64,000 nt of DNA from Deinococcales bacterium (lineage in GTDB: Bacteria > Deinococcota > Deinococci > Deinococcales > JAAFIG01). The position numbers and the translations under genes are program-made. Of the stretch, positions 17,112-27,251 are shown one piece after another. The stretch lies in the NCBI GenBank assembly GCA_043778225.1, contig JAYWGM010000028.1, forward strand, positions 44,560 to 108,559. Direction: 5' to 3'. Below the pieces are notes generated by a model, which did no database searches, had not been told where the DNA came from, and was given only the letters and a program-made list of their open reading frames with translations. Numbering within the stretch: position 1 is the first letter of the stretch; every line of letters begins with the position of its first letter.

Positions 17112-18716
17112 CTATGGTGCGTCTATCGCTCGAGCCGCATTTAACAATCCAGCCCCACATTTCTCGAGCGGGCAAACCTCGAGCGCGGTGCGTGAAGCTC
17201 CAGCCAGAATTTTATTTTTAATCTCGAGCGGTGTCGCACTTGGGTTTATGGCTTTGAGCATCGCGGCAACCCCACTTACCCAAGGCGCAGCAAAAGACGT
17301 ACCCATAAATAGGTTATAACCAAAGCCATCTGCGCCACTCGAGTTAAACGAAGCACTTTGGGTCACACCGGGCGCAACCAAACTGACCCAAGCACCCGGC
17401 ACACTAAAATCTGAGGCAAAGTATTTTGTGCCATTCCATTTGACACTGCCAACGGCAATAATCGGTAACTCGAGGCTGTAGGCGGCTGGGTAATTTGGCA
17501 CTGTGCCTCTGTTCCCCGCCGAGGCAACCAGCACGATTTTGGCTTGGGTCACAGCTTCTATAACTTGCTTAACAATACTCGAAGGTTGCTGAGTTCCCAG
17601 CGAAAAGTTAATCACATCTGGGGCTTGACTAATCGCATAGCAAAGACCTTCGATGACATCTATGCCTTTACATTTTGTGGTTTCATCGCAGACTTTGACG
17701 GGCAAGATTTTTGCTCCATCTGCGCCATTTGGTCCACTCTGATTATTATTTCGAGCAGGCAGCACCCCAACTTGCCAAAATTGGGTGAAGTTCGTGCCAA
17801 TTTCTGAATCCCGCGCCGCAATAATGGCGGCGACTGCCGTACCGTGTCCGACTAATTTTCCAGTGGCATCTTTGGCATTATCGCCAGTGTCGGACTCGAG
17901 TTCAATTGCCAAGTTGGTGCGTTCGGTGGTGAAATTTTTTCCTGCTAACAGATTGGAGTCTACAAGATTAAAAAGATTCCTAAAATCGTAATGTTTAGAA
18001 ACTCCAGTATCCAGTACCGCCACTCGAGGGGAGCGGTTTTGCATATTGGGCAGGAGGGTTTTCCAGTGCGTATAAGCGCGATCTAGCTCAAGGGTGGTAA
18101 ATTCGTTTTTATGTTCTACGGTAGGTCCTGAATCGGAATAACTTGCTCCTGTGCTAATTGTGTGTGGATTTGCTTCAAGAGTTTCAGGTATGTCACTGGC
18201 TGTGTCTACCGCTCGAGAAGTGCTGCCTTGTTGCTCGAGAACAGCTAGGGTTTTACTACAAATACCTGTTGTTGAAGGATCGGCTGGTTTGAAGTCTACT
18301 AGGGTCATGCCTCCACGTTGAGCAGCCTGTGTGGCTTTACCTAAGTCCAGATTTTCCCTAAAAGTTACCAATGCTTGGTCTGCGAAATAATTATCTGGAC
18401 TCGCAAGGATGTTTAAGTCTTTGCTACTTGCGAAGTCTTGAGGCGAGTTGGTTACAACAACATCATAAGAACCTGCTTGTATGTTTGGTGCTTTCACTTT
18501 TAGTTCTGTGGTTTGAAACGAATTAACACTGACTGTTTGATTGCCAATCATAACTATGGAACTGCTCGAGAAACCTTTCCCAGTAATAATAATTTCTTCT
18601 AATGGTGCAACGAATCGGGGTCGTACTTTCTGAATCTCGAGTAGGGCAGGCGGACTTGTAGGATTACAAGCAACACAGAATGCTAGGGTACTGAGGAATA
18701 GTAAAAAGCGTTTCAT
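17112..18716 (-). CDS. S8 (subtilisin-like) serine peptidase lipoprotein with an IPT/TIG domain
   Basis: Lipobox CVAC; VAVLDTG, GHGTAVAAII, ASAGN, GTSFAAPWVSG catalytic triad motifs. Confidence 0.9.
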   Translation of the reverse strand: MKRFLLFLSTLAFCVACNPTSPPALLEIQKVRPRFVAPLEEIIITGKGFSSSSIVMIGNQTVSVNSFQTTELKVKAPNIQAGSYDVVVTNSPQDFASSKDLNILASPDNYFADQALVTFRENLDLGKATQAAQRGGMTLVDFKPADPSTTGICSKTLAVLEQQGSTSRAVDTASDIPETLEANPHTISTGASYSDSGPTVEHKNEFTTLELDRAYTHWKTLLPNMQNRSPRVAVLDTGVSKHYDFRNLFNLVDSNLLAGKNFTTERTNLAIELESDTGDNAKDATGKLVGHGTAVAAIIAARDSEIGTNFTQFWQVGVLPARNNNQSGPNGADGAKILPVKVCDETTKCKGIDVIEGLCYAISQAPDVINFSLGTQQPSSIVKQVIEAVTQAKIVLVASAGNRGTVPNYPAAYSLELPIIAVGSVKWNGTKYFASDFSVPGAWVSLVAPGVTQSASFNSSGADGFGYNLFMGTSFAAPWVSGVAAMLKAINPSATPLEIKNKILAGASRTALEVCPLEKCGAGLLNAARAIDAP

Positions 18717-21574
18717 GATTTTACTCCTTGTTGCGATAAGTAATTGTTGATTTCTGCATGGTATGCCATAAAAGACTCGTTGGCTGCGAATGGTTTAATT
18801 TGCTCGAGCCAGACAGTAGAATCTGTTTTAAGAACTTGACCTACTTCAAGTAAGTTGAGTAGTGCCAATAATTGATTTTCTGAATCGTGTAAAGAGTTAG
18901 CTTTTTCAAGTGCCAATTCATAATGCTCTTTAGCAGTTGTATAATCTGCACGATAATAATGAGTTACACCAATGTTTAGGTGCGCTCGAGCTTCAGCCCA
19001 CGGGTCGTGAAGAACTTGATTTAGGTGCAAGGATTCTTCATATGATTTGAGTGCTTTTTGAAAGTTTGCGTTTCGAGTATGAAATTCCCCTAAATTATTA
19101 AGCGTGCGAGCCATTCGGGTTTCATCACCTAGTTTTTTAAACAACATAAAACTACGTTGATGTATCTCTTCTGCTCGAGGATGATTGCTGTGCGTATAAG
19201 TCACAGCTAAATTCATTAAACTATCAGCTATTTTCACATCTTCCTCGAGCGCTTGGCGGATGCTTAGGCTGGCTTCAAAGGCTTGTGCTGCTTCAACAAA
19301 TTTCTTCTCGAGCCTATAAATCGTGCCTTGGATATTGAGCGCATCAGACCGTGCCAATTGGGCAGCGCTGTAACTTAGCCCCTCGAGTGCCGTAAATGCT
19401 TGATTGACCAAGACTTGCGCTTCCTCGAGTCGGTGCATTTTCAGTGCCAATAAGTTGGCTCGAGCTAACCATGCGTTGCTGCGTAAAACAGAGTCAGTCA
19501 CACTACCTTCAAGTATCGCCAATTTGTCGAGCGTCTCGAGGGCAGCCTCGTGTCGTCCGTATCGCTCGAGTGCCGAAGCACGTTCGGTCAGGGCTTGGAG
19601 GCGTTCGGTGGCGTTGCGGCTGTGCTGGTCGGCGTGTTCAAACCACTCGAGGGCGGCGGCTAAGTCACCGCGAATGCTGTGCTGTTTACCTGTCTCGAGA
19701 AACGCCAAGAGCATTTTGGCAGTGTCGGTGTCTTCCCAAGCGTTTACGGCAGCCAGCGCATGAACCGCCGCTTGGTTAGGTTGTAAAGCTCGAGCCGCCC
19801 GCAGGTGCAGAATTTGTTTTCTGGCTGGGCGAATCTGATGTAAGACCACTTCGCGGATTAAATCGTGCTTAAAATGCGTGCCATCGGTTTCTAAATGCAG
19901 CACATCGGAGACTGCCAATTCATCGAGGTTTTGGCTGATTTCCTCCAAACTGCGCCCAGAGACGGCACGTAAGATGCCAATGGTACTGCCGTCACCCAGT
20001 AGGGCGGCAACCTCGAGCAATTGCTGGGCGGTTTCGGGCAGATTGGCTAAACGACTTTTTACCAAGTCGTGCAGTCGGCTGCTGTCTAAATTGGTGCGTA
20101 GTAGCTCGAGCAGATAAAATGGGTTTCCACCGCTTTTTTTGTGCAGCAGCGCCGTATCGGTGCTTTGTCCAAATGAAAGGCTCAGGTCAGTCACGGCTTT
20201 GGGGGTCAGTCCTTGAAGCTCGAGTTTGATGCCAAGCTGTTCTCGAGTTATCAATTCTAAAAGGTCGTGTAAATCGCTGCGCGGTGTTTCGGTATCGCGT
20301 AAAGTTGCCAGCAGCAGCAGCCCATGGGGGTTGGGTTGGTGCATCAGGTGCAGCATCAATTCTATCGATGTTTTATCTGCCCATTGCAAATCATCCAAGA
20401 TTAAAACCGTGGTTTGGGTCGGATGGGTTAAAAGCGCCGTTAATGCCGCAAAAAGATGTTCTTTGCTCGGCTCGAGTTGGGTACTGCTGAGGCTGTCTGG
20501 AACAAATGCTGCCAGCGCTTGTTGCCATAACCGATTAAAGTCAGCCAAGCTGCGTTGGGTTAAAGCCAGTCTGACCAAGCGCTCAAACAACCCAAGTGAT
20601 ACCCCAGTAGGGGCTGCCACACCAGACAGCACCCACAAATTGGCGGTTTCTTGGGCGGCTTCTTGGGTTAATCGGGATTTGCCGACACCCGGTTCACCGG
20701 TCAAAAGCACCAAGCGGGCTGTTCCTTGGGCGGCTCGAGCCAGTTCGATGCGAATCAATTGTAATTCGTATTCCCGTCCAAACAGTGGCACGTTGGTTTC
20801 CTTGGCTTGCACAATTGCTTTGACTTGGAATTCTTGTTGAATCGCAGCCAAACAACCTGCTGCATCACCTCGAGCCAAAACTAAAGCATCTCGAGTCGGA
20901 CGACTTGGACCAAGTTCGAGTTCTTCTTGTAAACGCCGCTCGAGCTTAGAAAAAGCCGTTTGCGCCCGAATTTCACGCTTTAATGCCCCAGCCGTCAACA
21001 TCAGTAAGCGAGTGGCATCTTCGCGGGGTGGCAAATGCTGACTTTGGGTCTTCTCGAGTAAACTTAAAGCAGTTTCAAGGTTAAGTTGCTGCAATTCAAA
21101 CCTTGCTAAACGCCAACTCAGTTCGGCATGGATTTCCTCGAGTTTTTCGCGCCAAGTCAGCAGCCACTCTTCAAAATCTGCCCCAAAGCCATCATCCCAC
21201 TCTGGGAGGCGCACCCCCTCGAGCAATGCTCCACGGTAAAGCTCGAGCGCTGGCTGCCAATCGGTGGCTTGGTTGGACTCGAGGGCGGCGGTAAAAACTT
21301 CTATATCGCAATAAAAACCCTTTTGTAAAGACAGGGTTTCGTTGTCGCCCTCGAGCCATTTTTTGAGAACATCGCGGATGCTGATTCTGGCTGCCGAAAG
21401 GCTGTTGAGTGGGTCGGTGGCGCTCGACCACAGCAAATGTGCCAAGTCGCGCCGTGTGGCTCGCCCCTCGAGGGCTAAATATGCCAGCACCAGCATCGGT
21501 TTGATGCCCAGTTTTATTGCCCGTCCGCGAAGCTCGAGACGTGGTGTACCTAGCAAATGGAGTGCCAGTGTCAT
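18713..21574 (-). CDS. SARP/BTAD transcriptional activator with AAA (STAND) ATPase and TPR domains
   Basis: LHLLGTPRL, LYRGALLEG, GEPGVGKSRL, LDDLQWAD, SGGNPFYLLE, FKHDLIRE, C-terminal TPRs. Confidence 0.88.
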   Translation of the reverse strand: MTLALHLLGTPRLELRGRAIKLGIKPMLVLAYLALEGRATRRDLAHLLWSSATDPLNSLSAARISIRDVLKKWLEGDNETLSLQKGFYCDIEVFTAALESNQATDWQPALELYRGALLEGVRLPEWDDGFGADFEEWLLTWREKLEEIHAELSWRLARFELQQLNLETALSLLEKTQSQHLPPREDATRLLMLTAGALKREIRAQTAFSKLERRLQEELELGPSRPTRDALVLARGDAAGCLAAIQQEFQVKAIVQAKETNVPLFGREYELQLIRIELARAAQGTARLVLLTGEPGVGKSRLTQEAAQETANLWVLSGVAAPTGVSLGLFERLVRLALTQRSLADFNRLWQQALAAFVPDSLSSTQLEPSKEHLFAALTALLTHPTQTTVLILDDLQWADKTSIELMLHLMHQPNPHGLLLLATLRDTETPRSDLHDLLELITREQLGIKLELQGLTPKAVTDLSLSFGQSTDTALLHKKSGGNPFYLLELLRTNLDSSRLHDLVKSRLANLPETAQQLLEVAALLGDGSTIGILRAVSGRSLEEISQNLDELAVSDVLHLETDGTHFKHDLIREVVLHQIRPARKQILHLRAARALQPNQAAVHALAAVNAWEDTDTAKMLLAFLETGKQHSIRGDLAAALEWFEHADQHSRNATERLQALTERASALERYGRHEAALETLDKLAILEGSVTDSVLRSNAWLARANLLALKMHRLEEAQVLVNQAFTALEGLSYSAAQLARSDALNIQGTIYRLEKKFVEAAQAFEASLSIRQALEEDVKIADSLMNLAVTYTHSNHPRAEEIHQRSFMLFKKLGDETRMARTLNNLGEFHTRNANFQKALKSYEESLHLNQVLHDPWAEARAHLNIGVTHYYRADYTTAKEHYELALEKANSLHDSENQLLALLNLLEVGQVLKTDSTVWLEQIKPFAANESFMAYHAEINNYLSQQGVKS

Positions 21575-21779
21575 GTGGTGCTATTCTACTCGCCAAACGC
21601 CAATTGTGTTCCATAAGATAATCTACAAGGGCTTAGCTGAAAAGGGTCTGATTGCAATCTAGCCGTTGATTACAAACTCGAGTTGTGCGTTTGCGAATTT
21701 GTAGTGGCGGCGCGTATCATAAGGGCAAGAAACTCGTTTATCGGTCTTGGTTCAAATTTTTTTAGGAGATGTGAAACGT

Positions 21780-23132
21780 ATGCCACCACTTGAAATCACC
21801 ACAGATACGGTGATTGTCGGTGCGGGAATATCTGGTTTGATTGCAGCCCATAAGCTGATTGAAGCTGGAGTGGATGTGGTGGTTCTCGAGGCAGCGCCGC
21901 GAGTTGGTGGGCGCTTACTGACCAAGGTGCTGCCAGACGGTACAGCTTTTGATTTGGGCGGACAGTGGCTTGGTCCAGAAATGTGGCGCGTGACTCGGCT
22001 AGTACAAGAATTGGGACTCGAGACCTTTGCCCAAAACGAAACTGGACGAATGGATTTAAGCGCCCAACCACTCTCGAGCATGGATCAACTGACCCAAGCC
22101 GAATGGGCGTGGTTTACGGCTAAAATCTCTTGGCTGGTCGAGCAAGTCAATGTCGAGCGCCCAGCCGAAACGCCCAATGCCTCGCAGTTGGATGTGATGA
22201 GCGTTGAGGAATGGAAATGTCAAAACCTCGAGTCAGAGTATCTGCGGCACTTATTTGACCAGTTAATCCGCACCGAGTACACGATTGAACCCAAAGATTT
22301 TTCGATGCTGTTTTTACTCTACAGCGTTCGCAGCGCTGGCGGCTTTGAGGATTTAATAGACTTGGATGGTGGCAATCACACCATGCGCTTGACCCAAGGA
22401 ATGCAAACGATTTGCACTAAACTTGCCGAAGAACTTGGGGACAAATTGCACCTCAATTCTCAAGCCTACGAACTCGAGCATTCTGAAAATGGGGTACGGG
22501 TTATTTCTGAGGGCTTTAGTGTGACTGCCAAGCACGCCATTGTGGCGATTCCGCCCAACCAAGCCCAACGCATTGACTTTGATCCAGTGCTGCCGCGCCG
22601 CCGAATGAAGTTAATGCAGCGCCTCGAGATGGGCAGTGTGATTAAGTGCTTTGCGATTTACGACCGTCCGTTTTGGCGCACCCAAACCTTAAAAGCCGTA
22701 GACCCCGACAACCTGATTTTTGACCACGCCATGGATGCCTCGAGCCACGACGACAAGCACCCAGCCTTGGTGGCTTTTATTGGCGGTGACGATGCGGTTT
22801 TTTGGTCTGACCGTCCGGCTGGAACACGCCGTCGGGCAGTGCTGGAAAATTTAGCGATGATTTACGGCGACGAAGCACTGTACCCACGCGATTACTTTGA
22901 CCACGACTGGATGACCGAGCCATTTATTGGCGGTGGCTACCAGTGTTACGCTCCGCCCGGCGTGATGACCAATGGCTTTGAAGAATTGCGCGAACCGATT
23001 GGTAGAATTCACTTTGCGGGGACAGAAACCGCCGTTTGGTACTATGGTTATGTTGAAGGCGCAATCGAAGCTGGTGAACGGGCGGCGCTCGAAGTACAAA
23101 AAGCCTTAGGCAAAGAACATAAAGAAGAATAG
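21780..23132 (+). CDS. Flavin monoamine oxidase family protein
   Basis: IVGAGISGL, EAAPRVGGR, DLGGQW, HFAGTET, GYVEGAIEAGERAA. Confidence 0.9.
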   Translation: MPPLEITTDTVIVGAGISGLIAAHKLIEAGVDVVVLEAAPRVGGRLLTKVLPDGTAFDLGGQWLGPEMWRVTRLVQELGLETFAQNETGRMDLSAQPLSSMDQLTQAEWAWFTAKISWLVEQVNVERPAETPNASQLDVMSVEEWKCQNLESEYLRHLFDQLIRTEYTIEPKDFSMLFLLYSVRSAGGFEDLIDLDGGNHTMRLTQGMQTICTKLAEELGDKLHLNSQAYELEHSENGVRVISEGFSVTAKHAIVAIPPNQAQRIDFDPVLPRRRMKLMQRLEMGSVIKCFAIYDRPFWRTQTLKAVDPDNLIFDHAMDASSHDDKHPALVAFIGGDDAVFWSDRPAGTRRRAVLENLAMIYGDEALYPRDYFDHDWMTEPFIGGGYQCYAPPGVMTNGFEELREPIGRIHFAGTETAVWYYGYVEGAIEAGERAALEVQKALGKEHKEE

Positions 23133-23148
23133 GTGCTAGACTTTTTCT

Positions 23149-23745
23149 ATGTCGTATAGTCAGTTTTCTTTGAGCGAAATCCTCGAGCAATTCGAGCTTC
23201 ATCTTGTGGATTCAAAGCCATTATTTGTAGCCATAGCACCTCGAGCGCCATCGGTTTTGTTGCGCGATTGGTTGGCAGAAAGTGTCCCCTTGGCACTCAA
23301 TTTATCCACCGAAAAAGCCCGCTCTGAAGGCATTATCGCACCAATTCTGCTCGAGGTTCGCCGCACCTTAGCGCATCGGGTTTCTTTATTCTCGGGTATA
23401 GATTTTACGGTGGACTCGAGCTTGGGCTTGAATGGCGAATGTGATTTTTTATTCTCAAAATCACCAGAGCAACTGTTGCTCCGTGCGCCAGTGGTGAGCG
23501 TGGTAGAAGCGAAAAACGAGAATTTTAGAAATGGTATTGCCCAAGCCTGTGCTGAAATGATTGCAGCTCGAATTTTTAACGAGCGCAAAGGGCAACCGCT
23601 TGAACGGGTTTTTGGAGCAGTGACCACCGGCGATATGTGGCGCTTTTTGATTCTCGAGAAAAATACACTGTATGCCGACAGTAACCGTTATGACCTAGAT
23701 GACCTAGACAAAATTATTGGCATATTTTGTTCAATGCTCGAGTAA
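23149..23745 (+). CDS. Conserved restriction-endonuclease-fold protein (PD-(D/E)XK)
   Basis: TEKARSE, GECDF, VVEAKNEN, QACAEM, GAVTTG motifs. Confidence 0.6.
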   Translation: MSYSQFSLSEILEQFELHLVDSKPLFVAIAPRAPSVLLRDWLAESVPLALNLSTEKARSEGIIAPILLEVRRTLAHRVSLFSGIDFTVDSSLGLNGECDFLFSKSPEQLLLRAPVVSVVEAKNENFRNGIAQACAEMIAARIFNERKGQPLERVFGAVTTGDMWRFLILEKNTLYADSNRYDLDDLDKIIGIFCSMLE

Positions 23746-23759
23746 GGTATGCTCAAAGC

Positions 23760-24569
23760 ATGGATTTTGCCCAAACCCTGCATGCCCGAATACTCGAAAA
23801 AAACACCCGCCTTTGCCTAGGCTTAGACCCGCGTCTCGAGTTCTACCAGACGACCCAACAAGCTGGGCAGCACTGTTTAGATGTTCTCGAGGCTTGCAGT
23901 GAACTGATTGCTTGCGTTAAACCTCAAGTGGCTTTTTATGAAGCCATAGGCATGGCTGGAATGCAACTGCTCGAGCAAATTTGTGCCACGGCTCGAGGCT
24001 TGGGAATACCGATTATTTTGGATGCCAAACGCGGTGATTTTCCAAGTACCGCCCAAGCCTACGCTAAGGCATGGCTGACTGGGCAACACGCTGGCAGTGC
24101 TTTAACCATCAATCCGTATTTGGGATTTGAAACGATCGAACCTTTTTTAAGCACGGCTCGAGAAAATAACGGCGCGGTTTTTGTGTTGGTCAAAACCAGT
24201 AATCCCGGTTCAAAAGACCTTCAAGACCTCGAAACGAAAAACGGCACTGTCGCCCAAGTTATCGCCACCCACCTCGAGACCCTGACCGATGCTTATGGTG
24301 CGGTTGGGGCAGTGGTTGGTGCAACCCACACATCCGAACTCGAGGCTTGGCGCAAGCTCATGCCAAATGTCTTGCTGTTATTGCCGGGGCTTGGCGCTCA
24401 GGGTGCAAAAGCCAGCGACTTAGCGGCAGCCTTTGACCAACATGGCTTAGGTGCAGTTGCCAGTGCCTCGAGAGGTGTTCAATATGCCAGTGCTGACCTA
24501 AGTGTACTCGCGGCTCGAGCAGCTGCGCTTAGTTTGCGCGACCAACTTAACCGCGCCCTTCGTTTATGA
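23760..24569 (+). CDS. pyrF: Orotidine-5'-phosphate decarboxylase
   Basis: LCLGLDP, KPQVAFYE, ILDAKRGD, VKTSNPGS, GAVVGAT, PGLGAQG. Confidence 0.95.
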   Translation: MDFAQTLHARILEKNTRLCLGLDPRLEFYQTTQQAGQHCLDVLEACSELIACVKPQVAFYEAIGMAGMQLLEQICATARGLGIPIILDAKRGDFPSTAQAYAKAWLTGQHAGSALTINPYLGFETIEPFLSTARENNGAVFVLVKTSNPGSKDLQDLETKNGTVAQVIATHLETLTDAYGAVGAVVGATHTSELEAWRKLMPNVLLLLPGLGAQGAKASDLAAAFDQHGLGAVASASRGVQYASADLSVLAARAAALSLRDQLNRALRL

Positions 24570-25045
24570 TTCGCGCTGCTGTTACTGCCGATATTCCCAG
24601 ACTGGCTCGAGTTCATGTCCAGTCGTGGACTGAAACCTATACTGGTCTAATTCCCGACGATGTACTGTACAACATCATCACGCTCGAGTCTCGAGAATTG
24701 CAATGGCAGCGCACACTGGCAAGTCCTAAAATAGCGGTTTTTGTGGTAGAAGTTTCCGAAGCTGTGGTTGGTTTTTGTAGCGTGACTGTTACGGGCAATC
24801 AAGCCGAAATTTACACGCTGTATTTACTTAAAGCCAATCAGGGTTCTGGCATCGGCAAGCAGCTTTTTAAGGCTGGACTCGAGTATGCAAAATCAAATGG
24901 CGCAAAAAGCCTGACGCTCTGGGTTTTAGCAGATAATCCAAGCCGCAAATTTTATGAACACATGGGCGGGAATCTCGAGGATGAGCGGATTGAAAAAGTC
25001 GGCGGGGTAAATCTACTCGAGATGATGTACGAGTTTTGGCTTTAG
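24566..25045 (+). CDS. GNAT family N-acetyltransferase
   Basis: QGSGIGKQL acetyl-CoA motif; LWVLADNPSRKFYE. Confidence 0.88.
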   Translation: MIRAAVTADIPRLARVHVQSWTETYTGLIPDDVLYNIITLESRELQWQRTLASPKIAVFVVEVSEAVVGFCSVTVTGNQAEIYTLYLLKANQGSGIGKQLFKAGLEYAKSNGAKSLTLWVLADNPSRKFYEHMGGNLEDERIEKVGGVNLLEMMYEFWL

Positions 25046-25061
25046 GTTATTCTGGTTTGGT

Positions 25062-25421
25062 ATGAACAAAATCAACCTACAAGAAAAACTTGGGCTTTTT
25101 ACTGACCACTGGAATCCTCGGATGCTTGGGCAAGTCAACGACACCGCCATTAAATTAGTTAAATTCCAAGGCGAATTTGTTTGGCATAGTCACGAACTCG
25201 AGGATGAAATGTTTTTGGTGATTTCAGGCAATTTCGAGATGCACTTTCGAGACAAAATTGTGAATCTCGAGGCGGGTGAGTGTTTAATCGTGCCGCGAGG
25301 TGTGGAACATAAACCTGTGGCTCTTGAGGAAGTTTGTGTCATGTTGATTGAACCTAGCAGCACGGTCAATACTGGCGCAGTTCTCGAGCAGCGCACCAGA
25401 AACGTTCTCGAAAAAATTTAA
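25062..25421 (+). CDS. Cupin domain protein
   Basis: GEFVWHSHELEDEMF, VPRGVEHKP. Confidence 0.88.
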   Translation: MNKINLQEKLGLFTDHWNPRMLGQVNDTAIKLVKFQGEFVWHSHELEDEMFLVISGNFEMHFRDKIVNLEAGECLIVPRGVEHKPVALEEVCVMLIEPSSTVNTGAVLEQRTRNVLEKI

Positions 25422-25718
25422 TTATTCTGGCTCGAGGGTGCATTGAAGCGGATGCCCTTCTGAACGCGCCATATCCTCGGTTTGCATGACTTTGGTTTCG
25501 GCAATCTCGAAGGTGTAGACCCCAGCTAACCCCGCCCCCGCGTGGTGAACCATCAGCATGATGCGCTCGGCTTCGGGTTCGGATTTACGAAAAACCTGTG
25601 TCAGGACATCCACCACAAATTCCATTGGGGTGTAATCGTCGTTTAAGAGCATCACTTTCCACAATTTTGGTGTGGCAGTCTGGCTTTTTTCTCGAGTTAA
25701 GGTACGGGTGTCGCTCAC
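25422..25718 (-). CDS. clpS: ATP-dependent Clp protease adaptor ClpS
   Basis: LLNDDYTPMEFVV, MLMVHHAG, EIAETK, HPLQCTLE. Confidence 0.95.
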   Translation of the reverse strand: MSDTRTLTREKSQTATPKLWKVMLLNDDYTPMEFVVDVLTQVFRKSEPEAERIMLMVHHAGAGLAGVYTFEIAETKVMQTEDMARSEGHPLQCTLEPE

Positions 25719-25865
25719 AAGAAGATATTGTACCAGCTTTGCGCCTTGAGATAAAATTCGGCTGCTGAATAATGGAATACGGGGTACTGTTTTCGTTTCA
25801 GTTTCGCATCAGCCGAACCATTGATAATCAGCGTTCGCCCCACAAGGAGCGACGGAGGTTCAACC

Positions 25866-27227
25866 ATGAGTCAGCAAAACTTAGAATTTACACCAGGGTT
25901 GCAAACAAACGAGGTTGAACTAACACAATCGCACCTCGAGACCAGTCGAGCCATTGTTGAATTGCTGGCAGGTGCAGTAACACAGCGCGATTTCACAGTA
26001 CGCTGGTGGAATGGCATCGAGGACGCGCCGCCTAAAATTTCGCGCTTTACATTGACGCTGGGTCACCCCGGCGCACTGCGGCGAATGCTCATGCCGCCGA
26101 CAGAACTCGCATTGGCTGAAGCCTTTATCCGCAAAGACTGGGATGCTGATGACTTGAGCGCAGCCCTTGGGTTTCAGGAAGCCTTTGCCACTGCCTCGAG
26201 TCCAGCCAAGCTCGCCCGACTTGTGCCTTTGCTGCGCTCCTTGCCAACCGACGACCTCCCCCCAGAAGCGCGTCTCGAGCGTCCCAAGCCAAACCTGAGC
26301 AGTGGTCGGGTACACACCAAAGCCCAAGATGCCAGCGATGTTAGATCGCATTACGACCTTGGTAACGACTTTTATCAACTTTTCTTGGATGCCAAAATGG
26401 TTTACAGTTGTGCCTATTTCGAGACTCCAAAGGTATCGCTCGAGGCAGCCCAAACCGCAAAACTTGATCTTATCTGTCGAAAATTGAGACTGCATTCTGG
26501 TGAGCGGCTGCTTGATATTGGTTGCGGTTGGGGTGGTCTGTTGATTCACGCGGCACAGCATTACGGCGTGCGTGGTATGGGAATAACGCTCAGTAGACAG
26601 CAAGCCGACCTTGCGCGTGAGCGCATCAAAGCAGTTGGTCTCGAGAATCAAATTGAGATTGCAGTCAAGGATTACCGCGACCTGTCCAAACTGACTGCGT
26701 TTGATAAAATTGCCTCGGTCGGCATGGTGGAACACGTCGGACGCGCCAACATTCGCCCATACTTTCAGACTGCCTATCGATTGCTCGTGCCAGGTGGTGT
26801 GTTTTTATGCCACAGCATTGTGGAAATCCGAACACCGCAAGCCTTCGTGCCAAAGTTGGTTCATGCGCTGACTTGGCGTAATACCTCTTTCTTACACCAT
26901 TACATTTTTCCGGGTGGTGAAACACCATACCCAAGCCAATTACTCAGTGCCGCCGAGGGGGCTGGCTTTGAAACACGAGATGTCGAGAGTCTGCGTGAGC
27001 ATTATGGACTGACCGCGCAGCACTGGGCAGAGCGTCTTGAAGATAATCACAAGACTGCCATCAGTTTAGTAGGAGAGCCAACCTACCGAGCTTACCGCTT
27101 GTACCTAAGAGCCGTGATTCGCACCTTTAAGACTCGTGTCAACGGCTTAAACCAGATTTTGTTGTCTAAACCATTGGCGGATGGCTCGAGTAATCTGCCA
27201 TTGCAGCGCACAGATTGGTATGAATAG
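25866..27227 (+). CDS. cfa: Cyclopropane-fatty-acyl-phospholipid synthase family methyltransferase
   Basis: HYDLGNDFY, MVYSCAYF, LDIGCGWG, SVGMVEHVG, YIFPGG; GGAGG RBS before 25866. Confidence 0.88.
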   Translation: MSQQNLEFTPGLQTNEVELTQSHLETSRAIVELLAGAVTQRDFTVRWWNGIEDAPPKISRFTLTLGHPGALRRMLMPPTELALAEAFIRKDWDADDLSAALGFQEAFATASSPAKLARLVPLLRSLPTDDLPPEARLERPKPNLSSGRVHTKAQDASDVRSHYDLGNDFYQLFLDAKMVYSCAYFETPKVSLEAAQTAKLDLICRKLRLHSGERLLDIGCGWGGLLIHAAQHYGVRGMGITLSRQQADLARERIKAVGLENQIEIAVKDYRDLSKLTAFDKIASVGMVEHVGRANIRPYFQTAYRLLVPGGVFLCHSIVEIRTPQAFVPKLVHALTWRNTSFLHHYIFPGGETPYPSQLLSAAEGAGFETRDVESLREHYGLTAQHWAERLEDNHKTAISLVGEPTYRAYRLYLRAVIRTFKTRVNGLNQILLSKPLADGSSNLPLQRTDWYE

Positions 27228-27251
27228 CGATTACTTTGACCCAAACCAACA

